In this document: in pieces, positions 53,936-64,000 of the stretch
Layout: every line of letters starts with the position of its first letter
How positions within the stretch are numbered: position 1 is the stretch's first letter
Translations under genes and position numbers: made by a program
From: Mizuhopecten yessoensis
Taxonomy: Eukaryota
Direction of reading: 5' to 3'
Length of the DNA stretch: 64,000 nt
Assembly: GCF_002113885.1 (NCBI RefSeq)
Contig: NW_018408629.1
Coordinates: 1,321,971 to 1,385,970, forward strand
The notes under the pieces: generated by a model
What the model saw: the letters and a program-made list of their open reading frames with translations, nothing else
Database searches by the model: none
Told to the model about the DNA's origin: nothing

Positions 53936-55075
53936 ATGGCTGAAGGCAGTGAGGAGCAGGTGGCACATTTATTGGAGGCATTTTCGAGCATGGACCTCAA
54001 ACCTAACTTGGAGTCTAAGGATGCTGCAGCTAAATGGTTAGCTGATCTATTATCAGGAGGAGCCAAATCCAAAAATCCCAATGTAAAATTAGAAGTGTTG
54101 GATCCTTCACCACAGGCAGACGTTCAAGGTCATCAAGAGGATGCTGCACCTCCCAGTAACCAATCAAGTGTTTCATACAATGTTCCAAAGATCTCCATAT
54201 TCTCAGGATGTTCTCAAGTTCCTAATGGAGAGGTCTCCTATGACCAATGGATATATGAGGTCAAGATGTTACAGCGAGATGGTGTATACAAAGATCATGC
54301 TATTTTTCAGGCTGTGAGAAGATCCTTGGGAGGAGAAGCAGGAAAAACAGCGATGAGACTTGGTTCTTCAGCAACACTTCAACAGGTACTGGACAAGCTG
54401 GTCAGCAACTATGGTAATATTGCTGCTACTGAGGATTTACTTGCCAAGTTTTACTCTGCCAAGCAAACAGATACAGAGGATGTGACATCATGGGCTGGCA
54501 GACTAGAAGATATACTAGACAAGGCTAGGACCAGATGCGAACTTACTCCAACACAAGTGTCAGAGATGTTGCGTACCAAATTCTGGCGAGGACTTAAGAA
54601 GTCATTACGTGACATCACCGGTTATAAGTTCGATACCATCTTAGACTATGACAAGCTGCGTATTGCTGTTCGACAGATTGAGCAAGCAGATTCTTCACCT
54701 GAGAAGCCCAAGACTGCTAAAGTAGCCATTCACCACAGTGATGACATTAAAGAAATGAAAGCTTTGGTAAAAGATTTAACTTCTGAGATGTCTAAGTTGA
54801 AGAAGGACATATCCACTTTACAACAGAGTAGGAATCTTTCCAGTTATGGTCAACAGTCCACTTATGGGGCACGTCAGGGTTATCAAGCATCACCTCAGGA
54901 ACACACTCAGAATAGGAGGCAAGTTGTGCCATTTAGAAGAAATACTGATGGAAATGGACCGCTCTGCTGGAGATGTGGACAATCTGGACATATGAGACGT
55001 GATTGCCATGTGAATTTGGAGCACAGCAGGAAGTCTTTAAACGTTCAGATGCCTACAGGCCAGGGGCACCAGTAG
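53936..55075 (+). CDS. gag: Gag, PNMA/Ma-like capsid plus CCHC zinc knuckle (379 aa from actATGG)
   Basis: PKISIFSG..GEVSYDQW..AVRRSLGGEA..FYSAKQ..WAGRLE capsid signature; coiled coil; CWRCGQSGHMRRDC. Confidence 0.93.
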   Translation: MAEGSEEQVAHLLEAFSSMDLKPNLESKDAAAKWLADLLSGGAKSKNPNVKLEVLDPSPQADVQGHQEDAAPPSNQSSVSYNVPKISIFSGCSQVPNGEVSYDQWIYEVKMLQRDGVYKDHAIFQAVRRSLGGEAGKTAMRLGSSATLQQVLDKLVSNYGNIAATEDLLAKFYSAKQTDTEDVTSWAGRLEDILDKARTRCELTPTQVSEMLRTKFWRGLKKSLRDITGYKFDTILDYDKLRIAVRQIEQADSSPEKPKTAKVAIHHSDDIKEMKALVKDLTSEMSKLKKDISTLQQSRNLSSYGQQSTYGARQGYQASPQEHTQNRRQVVPFRRNTDGNGPLCWRCGQSGHMRRDCHVNLEHSRKSLNVQMPTGQGHQ

Positions 55076-55098
55076 GCATGATCAGTCAGCAATGCCCT
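55036..55098 (+). promoter_or_regulatory. -1 programmed ribosomal frameshift element
   Basis: T TTA AAC (55036-55042) phased XXX-YYY-Z in the gag frame, pol in -1 frame, 6-nt spacer. Stem ATGCCTAC/GTAGGCAT; loop GGGGCA complementary to TGCCCT downstream. Confidence 0.85.
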
Positions 55099-57668
55099 AA
55101 CGTTCGGAAGGATAATACTGAGTTAGTTGGAGACTGCAGTGAGGAAGAGCTTAAGATTGCAGGAGTGTGTACCACTGCATTACTAGACACAGGGTCAGCT
55201 GTAAGCACTGTTAGTCGACATTTGTATGATACTTACCTCAGTCATTTGCCACTTCAGTGCCTTGACAACATATTGGATATCGAATGTGCTGGAGGAGAGA
55301 CATTACCCTATGATGGATTTATCAAGGCTGACATTGAGACTGGGATCGACGGTCATACTTCATCGTTGCCAGGGTTGTTACTTGTTGTGCCGGATACCAG
55401 GTATAATTCCAAAGTGCCAGTTTTGGTTGGTACCAACATCTTGACAGGTATCATGGATGCATGTAAGTATGTTTACGGAGACAGATTGTTGAAGGGAGCT
55501 TCTCTCTCAACATCCTGGTATATCACTTTCAGATGTATGGCACTACGACAGCGAAACTTGGTACGGAATAATTTTCGTCTTGGACTTGTCAAGAGTGCAG
55601 AGGGTACTGCAGTTCAGATATCGCCAAATAGCCAGGTAACCATTAATGGCTTTGTGGATCGTCAAGTGGAGCATACACCAACTAGTGCTTATCTCACAGT
55701 ATCTGAGGAGTCATCATTGATGGATGATTTAGATATTTCGCCAAGCCTTATTCAATACCGCTATAGAAGGACTGGTGTTGTTTTTGTGATCATATCGAAC
55801 ATCACAACCAGGAATGTTACCATACAGCCTCGAGCTGTGTTATGTGAACTTCAGCCGGTTAAGGTAGAAGGATGTTTACAGGATGTTAACACAGAATCAA
55901 TTGATGCTCCTACATCTAAAGATACAGATATGGATTCCCTACTACAGCTGATGAAGTTTGATGACAGACTTACTGAAGAGGAGTTATCCAGTGGAAAGCA
56001 AATGATTTCTAGTTTCCCAGATATATTTTCCAAGGATGATTTGGATCTTGGTCATTCCTCAGCTGTTCATCACCGCATAGAAATTACAGATGAGGTGCCA
56101 TTCAAACAACGTCATCGGCGTATTCCACCTGCCATGCTTAGTGAAGTTCGTGATCACCTACACCAACTCTTGACAATCGGAGTCATACGTCGATCACATT
56201 CACCCTGGGCATCAGCAGTTGTATTAGTTCGGAAAAAGGATGGTCGCTTGAGAATGTGCATAGATTACCGACAGCTGAATCTTAGGTCTATAAAAGATGC
56301 TTATGCTCTTCCTAGGGTGGAAGAAATTTTGGACTCTATATCAGGTTGTGACTACTTTTCTACGCTTGATATGAAGAGTGGTTACCATCAAGTGGAACTT
56401 CACGAGGACCACAAACAACGGACTGCTTTCACTATTGGGCCTTTATGTTTTTATGAGTTTAATCGGATGCCGTTCGGATTAGTGAATGCTCCAGCCACAT
56501 ACCAGAGATTAATGGAGGAATGTCTGGGAGAGCTACATACCACCATTTGTTTTGTATATATTGATGACATTATTGTGTTTTCCAAGACATTCAGTGAACA
56601 TCTTGACCGACTGCAGATGGTATTCGACAAGATCAGATGTCATGGTCTGAAGTTGGCTCCACAGAAGTGTTCATACTTCAAGAAGAAAGTGAAGTTTCTT
56701 GGCTTCATAGTGTCAGCCGATGGCATTGAAGCGGATCCAGACAAAGTGCAAAAGATCGTGGACTGGCCTAAACCTTCTTGCCCTGAGGATGTAAGAAGGT
56801 TTCTAGGATTCTGTGGTTATTACCGCAAATTTGTGAAAGGATTTTCAGCAATTGTGAAACCATTGAATGGACTGTTACCTCCTACACGGAACAAAGGCCA
56901 CTCAAAGAAGTCGGACTTACCTGGGTGGAAGTGGGAAAAAGAACAGGAAACAGCATTTCAGACCTTGAAGGATATTTTATCTTCACCTCCCATTCTTGGC
57001 TATCCGGTATATGACTTGCCATTTGAAGTGCATACCGATGCAAGTGGAAAAGGTCTTGGAGCCATTCTCTACCAGCAGCAAGATGGTAGATCACGTGTCA
57101 TCGCTTATGCCAGCAGGGGTGTAACAAAATCTAAGAGGAATTACCCTGCACATAAATTGGAATTCCTTGCCTTGAAATGGGCCGTAACCGACAAATTTGC
57201 AGATTATCTGTATGGAAGGACGTTTACGGTAACCACAGATAATAACCCTATGACGTACGTTTTGACCACTTCCAAGTTAGATGCAACCGGACATCGGTGG
57301 TTAGCTGCGTTATCTGCATATGATTTCAACATCATTTATAAGCCAGGAAGGACCAATACAGGTGCGGATATCTTGTCAAGATTACCTTGCCATTTTGATG
57401 GAGAGGAGCAGTCTACAGCCGTGAGTGATATCTCTCTGGATTCGGTCAAGGCCATATGTAGTTCTGTTCAGCAGCCAGTGTCTTTGATTGAGACTGTTTC
57501 CATGTCTACTGCCGTTTTTGATGGTCATTGCATGGACACCGACCAGGATCTTCAGGAAATGTCTTCTAGAGACTGGAGACGGGCACAGGATAGAGACCCA
57601 GCACTTCGATATTGGATATTCTGTGTCAAAAACAGCAGGAAACCTGACAAAAGACAATTGGATCCTGC
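55036..57668 (+). CDS. pol: Pol: aspartic protease, reverse transcriptase, RNase H (uninterrupted up to the N at 57669)
   Basis: LLDTGS; RMCIDYRQLN, LDMKSGYHQV, MPFGLVNAPATYQR, YIDDII; HTDAS, KLEFLALKWA, TDNNP, ADILSR. Confidence 0.97.
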
Positions 57669-58497
57669 NATTTTCAGCAATTGTGAAACCATTGAATGGA
57701 CTGTTACCTCCTACACGGAACAAAGGCCACTCAAAGAAGTCGGACTTACCTGGGTGGAAGTGGGAAAAAGAACAGGAAACAGCATTTCAGACCTTGAAGG
57801 ATATTTTATCTTCACCTCCCATTCTTGGCTATCCGGTATATGACTTGCCATTTGAGGTGCATACCGATGCAAGCGGGAAAGGTCTTGGAGCCATTCTCTA
57901 CCAGCAGCAAGATGGTAGATTACGTGTCATCGCTTATGCCAGCAGGGGTGTGACAAAATCTGAGAGGAATTACCCTGCACATAAACTGGAATCCCTTGCC
58001 TTGAAATGGGCCGTAACCGACAAATTTTCAGATTATCTGTATGGAAGGAAGTTTACGGTAACCACAGATAATAACCCTCTGACGTACGTTTTGACCACTG
58101 CCAAGTTAGATGCAACCGGACATCGGTGGTTAGCTGCGTTATCTGCATATGATTTCAACATCATTTATAAGCCAGGAAGGACCAATACAGTTGCGGATAT
58201 CTTGTCAAGATTACCTTGCCATTTTGATGGAGAGGAGCAGTCTACATCCGTGAGTGATATCTCTCTGGATTCGGTCAAGGCCATATGTAGTTCTGTTCAG
58301 CAGCCAGTGTCTTTGATTGAGACTGTTTCCATGTCTACTGCAGTTTTTGATGGTCATTGCATGGACACCGACCAGGATCTTCAGGAATTGTCTTCTAGAG
58401 ACTGGAGACGGGCACAGGATAGAGACCCAGCACTTCGACACTGGATATTCTGTGTCAAAAACAGCAGGAAACCTGACAAAAGACAATTGGATCCTGA
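56841..58497 (+). repeat. 828-bp direct duplication across a single N (56841-57668 vs 57670-58497)
   Basis: Collinear, about 18-19 substitutions by hand count (~2%), no indels seen. Confidence 0.95.
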
Positions 58498-60244
58498 TCA
58501 GCAAGCTATGTTGCGATCATTTGACAGGTTGAAGATTGAGAGGGGTGTACTGTACCGTGGAGTTACAGAAGATGGAGCAACACGGAAGCAGCTTGTGTTA
58601 CCTTCTGCTTACCGGAAACAGGCATTATATGGTCTCCATAATTCTGTTGGACACCCTGGTCGTGATCGGACATTGTCGTTGTTGCAGGAGAGATTCTATT
58701 GGCCGGGAATGAACCAGGACGCGGAGAGATGGGTGAAAAGCCGACGCTGTGTGTCAAGGAAGGCTGTTACTCAGAAGGCACCATTAGTGAATATTCAAAC
58801 GACGCAGCCACTAGAGCTAGTGTGCATGGATTTTCTCACTTTAGGAGGATTCCAACACATTCTCGTCGTGACCGACCACTTCACGAAATAAGCCCAAGCC
58901 ATTCCGACGAAAACCAGACGGACAAGACCACAGCGGAAGCCTTCTTTTATAACTTCGTGGTGCATTATGGAATGCCTCGACGGATACACTCTGACCAAGG
59001 TGCCAATTTCGTTGGAGAGTTAATCCATCAGCTATGTGCCATGGCCAACATCAAGAAGAGTAGGACTACGCCTTACCACCCGATGGGTAATGGAAGTTGT
59101 GAAAGATTCAACAGAACGTTGCTTGGGATGTTGGGTACTTTGGATCCGAAGGAGAAAGGGGACTGGAAAAGGCACGTTGGTCCGCTTGTTCATGCATACA
59201 ACAGCATCCGGCATGATAGCACAAGCTACTCGCCCTTCTTCTTGTTTGGCAGGCATCCCAGGTTACCTATCGACTTGGCATTCGGAGTAGATATAGGAGG
59301 AAAACATCAAACTCTTTCAGGATATGTCTCATCGCTTCGTGATAATCTGAAGAAGGCATATAACTTAGCCAGGAGTCATACAGCTTCCGCATCAAAGCAC
59401 CAGAAGAAGATTACGACAGAAGAGCCAGAGCGGCTGATTTACAAGACGGGGAGTACTAGTGCGGATTGTGGCTTTCGAGGGCAAACATAAGATTTCCGAT
59501 AAGTGGGAAGCGGAAGATTATGTGGTTCTCCGTCAGCCAAATCCGGATGTTCCTGTGTATGTTGTAAAGAGATGTAATGGTGATGGGAAGGAAAGGACTT
59601 TACACCGTAATTTACTTTTACCTATCGACTTTCTTCATGATGGAAACGAGACGAACCAGGAAAAGAAAACTACATCAGAAACATAAGTTACTAAGAAGAG
59701 GACACAGACTAAGCCAGAGGATACAGGTAATTTATCGGAGTACGACTCTGATGAAGATGTCGACAAATCTGTCGTCATTTTGGATACTTTACAGGGCCCG
59801 CTATCGGACATGGAGAATGGGATTCTAGCAAGTCCCAAGGAGGATACTCCGGAACCTGATAGTCCTGAAGATGGGGCTGCTCAGTCTGCAAATGGCGACG
59901 ACCATATTCAGTCTGAGGCAGTGGATGTAGCACCACCAGGTGACGACCAAGTCTCCAGGAACGACGAGGCTGGAGGTGCTACGATCCAGGAAGAAGATGG
60001 AGATGTGGATGAACCACAGGTACCTACGCCAGCTCCCAGAAGATCTGTGAGGGCAAGGCAACCTCCTCTCTGGCAACGATCAGGAGAGTTCGTGATGAGC
60101 CAAGTGTGTCCCGGTACGTCAACGGATTGGATCACGAGAGCTGAGTATTTACAAAGCCTTGTTGAGCGTGGAATGCTTGCTCCAGACCGAGTATCTGATG
60201 CTCTAGTAAGGATTGTTTGTGGAGATAATCTTCCTGTGATGTGA
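57670..60244 (+). pseudogene. pol: Second copy of RNase H followed by disrupted integrase and acidic C-terminal tail
   Basis: HHCC finger lacks one Cys (LHNSVGH..KSRRC); TAA at 58889-58891; frame changes near 58910, 59410-59460 and 59680. Catalytic D (VCMDF), D at 58993 and E at 59101 keep D(35)E spacing. Confidence 0.9.
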
Positions 60245-60411
60245 TTTGATTATGGTTTGTACGCTGAGCTCTATTTTGTTTTATGTCATAAATGTTATAT
60301 AGGAATATGGTTTCCTTCATGATTTAGTATCGTCTGTATGATTTGTACGATATCTAGAAAGTGCATTGATTTGTGTTGTTTTAACTTGATTCCATCTTTT
60401 ATTCATGTTGC

Positions 60412-60748
60412 NNNNNNNNNNNNNNNNNNNNNNNNNNNNNNNNNNNNNNNNNNNNNNNNNNNNNNNNNNNNNNNNNNNNNNNNNNNNNNNNNNNNNNNNN
60501 NNNNNNNNNNNNNNNNNNNNNNNNNNNNNNNNNNNNNNNNNNNNNNNNNNNNNNNNNNNNNNNNNNNNNNNNNNNNNNNNNNNNNNNNNNNNNNNNNNNN
60601 NNNNNNNNNNNNNNNNNNNNNNNNNNNNNNNNNNNNNNNNNNNNNNNNNNNNNNNNNNNNNNNNNNNNNNNNNNNNNNNNNNNNNNNNNNNNNNNNNNNN
60701 NNNNNNNNNNNNNNNNNNNNNNNNNNNNNNNNNNNNNNNNNNNNNNNN
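60412..60748. other. Assembly gap (337 N), where the Gypsy PPT and 3' LTR start would lie
   Basis: N run. Confidence 0.99.
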
Positions 60749-61221
60749 GTTTTCTGCCTTGTGACGTTAATGCACGATACGTGTTGTAAGTGTATTTATA
60801 CTGTATTTAAAGTGTATTTATATTGCATCTATAATGTATTGATAGTGTATAAAGGTAATATTAAATGCATGTAATTGGAATTTCAAGATTCGAAGTATCG
60901 TAAACGTTTATGATAATGTTTAAAGTAAAATAACTATTTTGCTGAAGTCCTAGATGTTATTCTTATATCAATGAATAATTCCTTGTTGGAAAATATAATA
61001 AATAAGTACCAGAAAGTGTTGTAATTTTATTATCTTAGTACTGGTCATTGAATTGTTGAGATTTGTAGATTGGATTTTACTCGAATGTGACATATATGCA
61101 TGTAGAGCTTATACGTATTTTTATTGTGTATTTCAGAATGTTTCTATTTATAAGCATTAAAATGCGATAGAACCGAACCCAGCGACTTTGTCTTATTTTC
61201 GACAACTTCCCACCCGCTACA
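60749..61221 (+). mobile_element. 3' part of an LTR (probably the Gypsy 3' LTR)
   Basis: ATTAAA at 61156-61161 followed ~60 nt later by ...CCCGCTACA; attachment to the pol copy is across a gap. Confidence 0.6.
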
Positions 61222-61345
61222 CTATGTTAACCTCGTTAGCGAACATTTAACAGCTAATGTACAAGTTCAATATATTTAAGATACATATATAAGTTCCGAT
61301 TTTTAATTTGGGTCTTTGCATGTGACTGGATGGGGCTTGAACCTG

Positions 61346-61385
61346 GGGTGACTATAGCCTATTTCAGGGGGCTTGTTGAACCTTA
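61346..61385 (-). repeat. Right terminal inverted repeat matching 50937-50972
   Basis: gggtgactatagcctatttcagggggcttgttgaacctta. Confidence 0.85.
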
Positions 61386-63185
61386 TAATTATATCAGTCA
61401 TTATTCCAATGTCTGTTACGATGTCAATGTCAATTACAGGCTTGTAGATTGTTATCAAAATCTGTATTGGTGACGTCTGTACATAGACCTATTAAATACT
61501 GGAAAAGTCATCAACATAAACGTGTACAGCTGCATCAGAATACGTGCACAAGATACCAAACACGGATTAAGGGAGCTAACTCCAAACACGCCAGTTAAGT
61601 TTCATTGACATGCAAGTTGTCTCCCTTCTCAAGATATATAAATTTGATTGGACTATTTTACCTTTTTTGACCTACATAACTTCGGTCAGTTTTGTAAATG
61701 TTGTCTTAATTTTCTTGATTGTCTATTTAATGATGAAAAGGGCGTAAATGCCAAACATTATTTCAAATAGACATGTATTGTACGGTTTCGCTAAAAGTCA
61801 TCTTGCTGCATGCTACTTCAATTATGAAGCTTGAAGTGTATGCGACCTTAGCGATTATATAACCAAGACATGTGTTGAATGGTATTTCAGATGTTGTATT
61901 AATATATATAAAGTGTTGTAAACATATCCAAGTGTACCCCAAAGACAGATTTTGTCGCACTGAACATGTTACTCGTTAAACCAACAAGCAGTCTGCAAAG
62001 TCCTGCAATCTAGAAAATCACCAAGGTTAGGGAACTAAGTCAAACTTCAGCAATACCGGAATTGTCGAATGAGGAATGAGAAAATGAGGAAAGCTCCTGG
62101 AATTTTCAAAAAGTGGCAAGTTCAAACGTCATGTACAAAAGGCATACACAAAGCAGCCAACATTTGTCATACCCAAGTTTCTGTTGGACTTTCTCAACCA
62201 ATGAGGTTGTGTAACCCTCTTCGCAGGTGCTAATAAAACCACATGCATACATTTTACTTGGTAAATTTACATTGTTCATATGCAAAATACGTCTGGTTTG
62301 ATTGTGGTCCTAATCTCAATGTTGTACATGTACTTGTATAAAACTAAGCGTGTGAGTTATTGTCATGCTTGATATCTAATTGCATTTAAACAACAAATTT
62401 TCAGTGATTGGGTTGTGACTATCATGAACTGTTAGTGGTAGAATAGTTGAATGTTTATATGTGTCTCAGTCATCAAAGTGGTTTGAACAAAAGTCAAACA
62501 ATAGTACAAGTTCAGTTATAAGTATATGACGTTAAACAGTTGCTTTATAATGGAAATATTGAAGTAATCATGTATCAGATAAAACATTGATACCCTTGTG
62601 CTAATTGTTTCTCAATTATATGTATATAACTTTGTGGCTACCATGATGATGGAGATTTACTTCATTTCGTTCTGACGCTGCTCAAACAAAGTTATATGAA
62701 GGTGCAATACCGTGATGATTTAACGAAAGAGATGCAATTGTTGCATAGGTAATTTTATCAAAGCATTCAAGTATCTAGTGTGCGTAGGAATATCCACAAT
62801 ATGAAACGCGTCTCAGGATTGATTAATACTATCATATTATCTCCCTCAACTCGAGCCAGATTTACCTGTTTGTGTGTCACTCTTCGAAACCTGTACCTGT
62901 GAATAGACGGAAACACCACATACAGTCACTACAGCATGAGCAGTTCCAAGGTAAGTTGTATCAACATTTAATTTATTGTTTCTGTAATGATAAAGATATT
63001 TTTCAATTAATATTTTTTATGTCTGTAAATGATTTAGAGTGTAGGTATTTGCTATAGCATATTTGGATTGAGGGCAGCTACCACGTTCTCTGCTTAACAT
63101 TCGTTTAATGTTTAATGTGTTAGTTGAAAAGCGCTTGGACAGTTTAGCGTTGAGCACACGTACGTATTATCTCCCTCACAAGATG

Positions 63186-63731
63186 TTTCATATCCGGGAC
63201 TCGAAAGTAGTCATCACAAATGTGTTTAAAATAAAAACATGCTATTAAAAGATGTTCCACTGTAAATGGAGTGTCACATGCGTAGCATGAAGGTGGGTAT
63301 TCTCGTTTTAAAAGGTACAAATGTGTAAGATGTGTGTGCCCAGTACAGAGTCGAGAGAGGACAACTTCCCGACTGGGAACAGATGTTTTAATTTTCGGTT
63401 GTACTATAAAAAGTTTGTTGCTGATTTCGAGAGACCAGCGTTGCTGCTATTCTTTTTGAATGGCTGTACGAATGATAGGTTTAAAATCTGTATATGGTAG
63501 TTTGATATTAGTTTGTTCGAGATTTAACGCTTAACTATTTTGCTTTTCTGTCAGCAAATTCGTTGCCTATAATTCCGACATGGCTCGGAATCCATAGTGA
63601 AGTAATTTTAGATTTCTTTAAGATACAAGATATGCGAAAAGTAAGGTTTTGTACGAGTGTGTTTTTAGGATCTCGTACCTGTAAACTTTGTAGGACAGAT
63701 AGAGAGTCTGAACAAATGATTGCCTTTTTAA
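63186..63731. mobile_element. Right-end fragment of the Kolobok-like element (uninterrupted paralog of 44819-45334 plus 45865-45903)
   Basis: Collinear similarity over ~545 bp; ends gattgcctttTTAA. Confidence 0.85.
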
Positions 63732-64000
63732 TTTACATCATTTACACATGTCATTTGAATAAATAAAACTTAAAAGAAAAGTAAATGGATTATATATCAG
63801 GTTTATTTCGTTCTAGTCTACCAGCAGACAGTTGTTGTCTAACATTGCTGAACGAGGCGTTTTCAGCTGCTAAAAAAGACAAGGTATAAAGATATTTTGT
63901 ATCATCATATCGACTTTTTGTATTCGAAGCAGTTGATATTTTCTTGAAACTAACCTAAGTCTTGAACGTTGTAATAAAACATGTCAATAAGATGGCATTA

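Larger units (their letters stand above)
52428..61221 (+). mobile_element. Ty3/Gypsy LTR retrotransposon (5' LTR/PBS not found; integrase decayed)
   Basis: Domain order gag-PR-RT-RH-IN, long T-rich leader, LTR-like end ...cccacccgctaca at 61221. Confidence 0.95.

Noticed and set aside
57670-57843. Novel Pol C-terminus (IFSNCETIEW...)
   Set aside because: Out-of-frame read of the duplicated segment after the N.
59780-60244. Separate env/ORF3
   Set aside because: Acidic, Pro-rich, with a PRRS.R motif typical of integrase C-terminal tails; no signal peptide or transmembrane segment; split from pol by frameshifts.
60338-60874. ORFs spanning X runs
   Set aside because: Artefact of the N gap.

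Overview
AT-rich eukaryotic genomic DNA. The mix of tRNA-derived V/CORE/Meta-type SINEs, palindromic MITEs and recurrent TACATGTA suggests a bivalve mollusc (inference). Positions 1-50.9 kb are mostly intronic or intergenic and repeat-littered. They hold two phase-compatible minus-strand exons of a host gene (40260-40503 and 10246-10355); the first encodes a helix matching the AKAP (PKA-R docking) consensus. Positions 50.9-61.4 kb form a nested block bounded by a 36-bp inverted-repeat pair. The block contains (i) the decayed 3' half of an LTR-type element carrying an uncharacterised non-gag/pol ORF, a PPT and a short LTR, and (ii) a Ty3/Gypsy retrotransposon. The Gypsy has a PNMA-like Gag, a UUUAAAC plus H-type pseudoknot -1 frameshift signal, intact PR-RT-RH and a decayed integrase. 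An 828-bp duplication across a single N inside pol is probably an assembly join. A TTAA-flanked Kolobok-like element at 43.6-45.9 kb hosts a TSD-bounded composite SINE whose 5' end carries an extra pseudoknotted RNA module. Most short ORFs in the track are noise. All family names come from motif recognition, not database searches.
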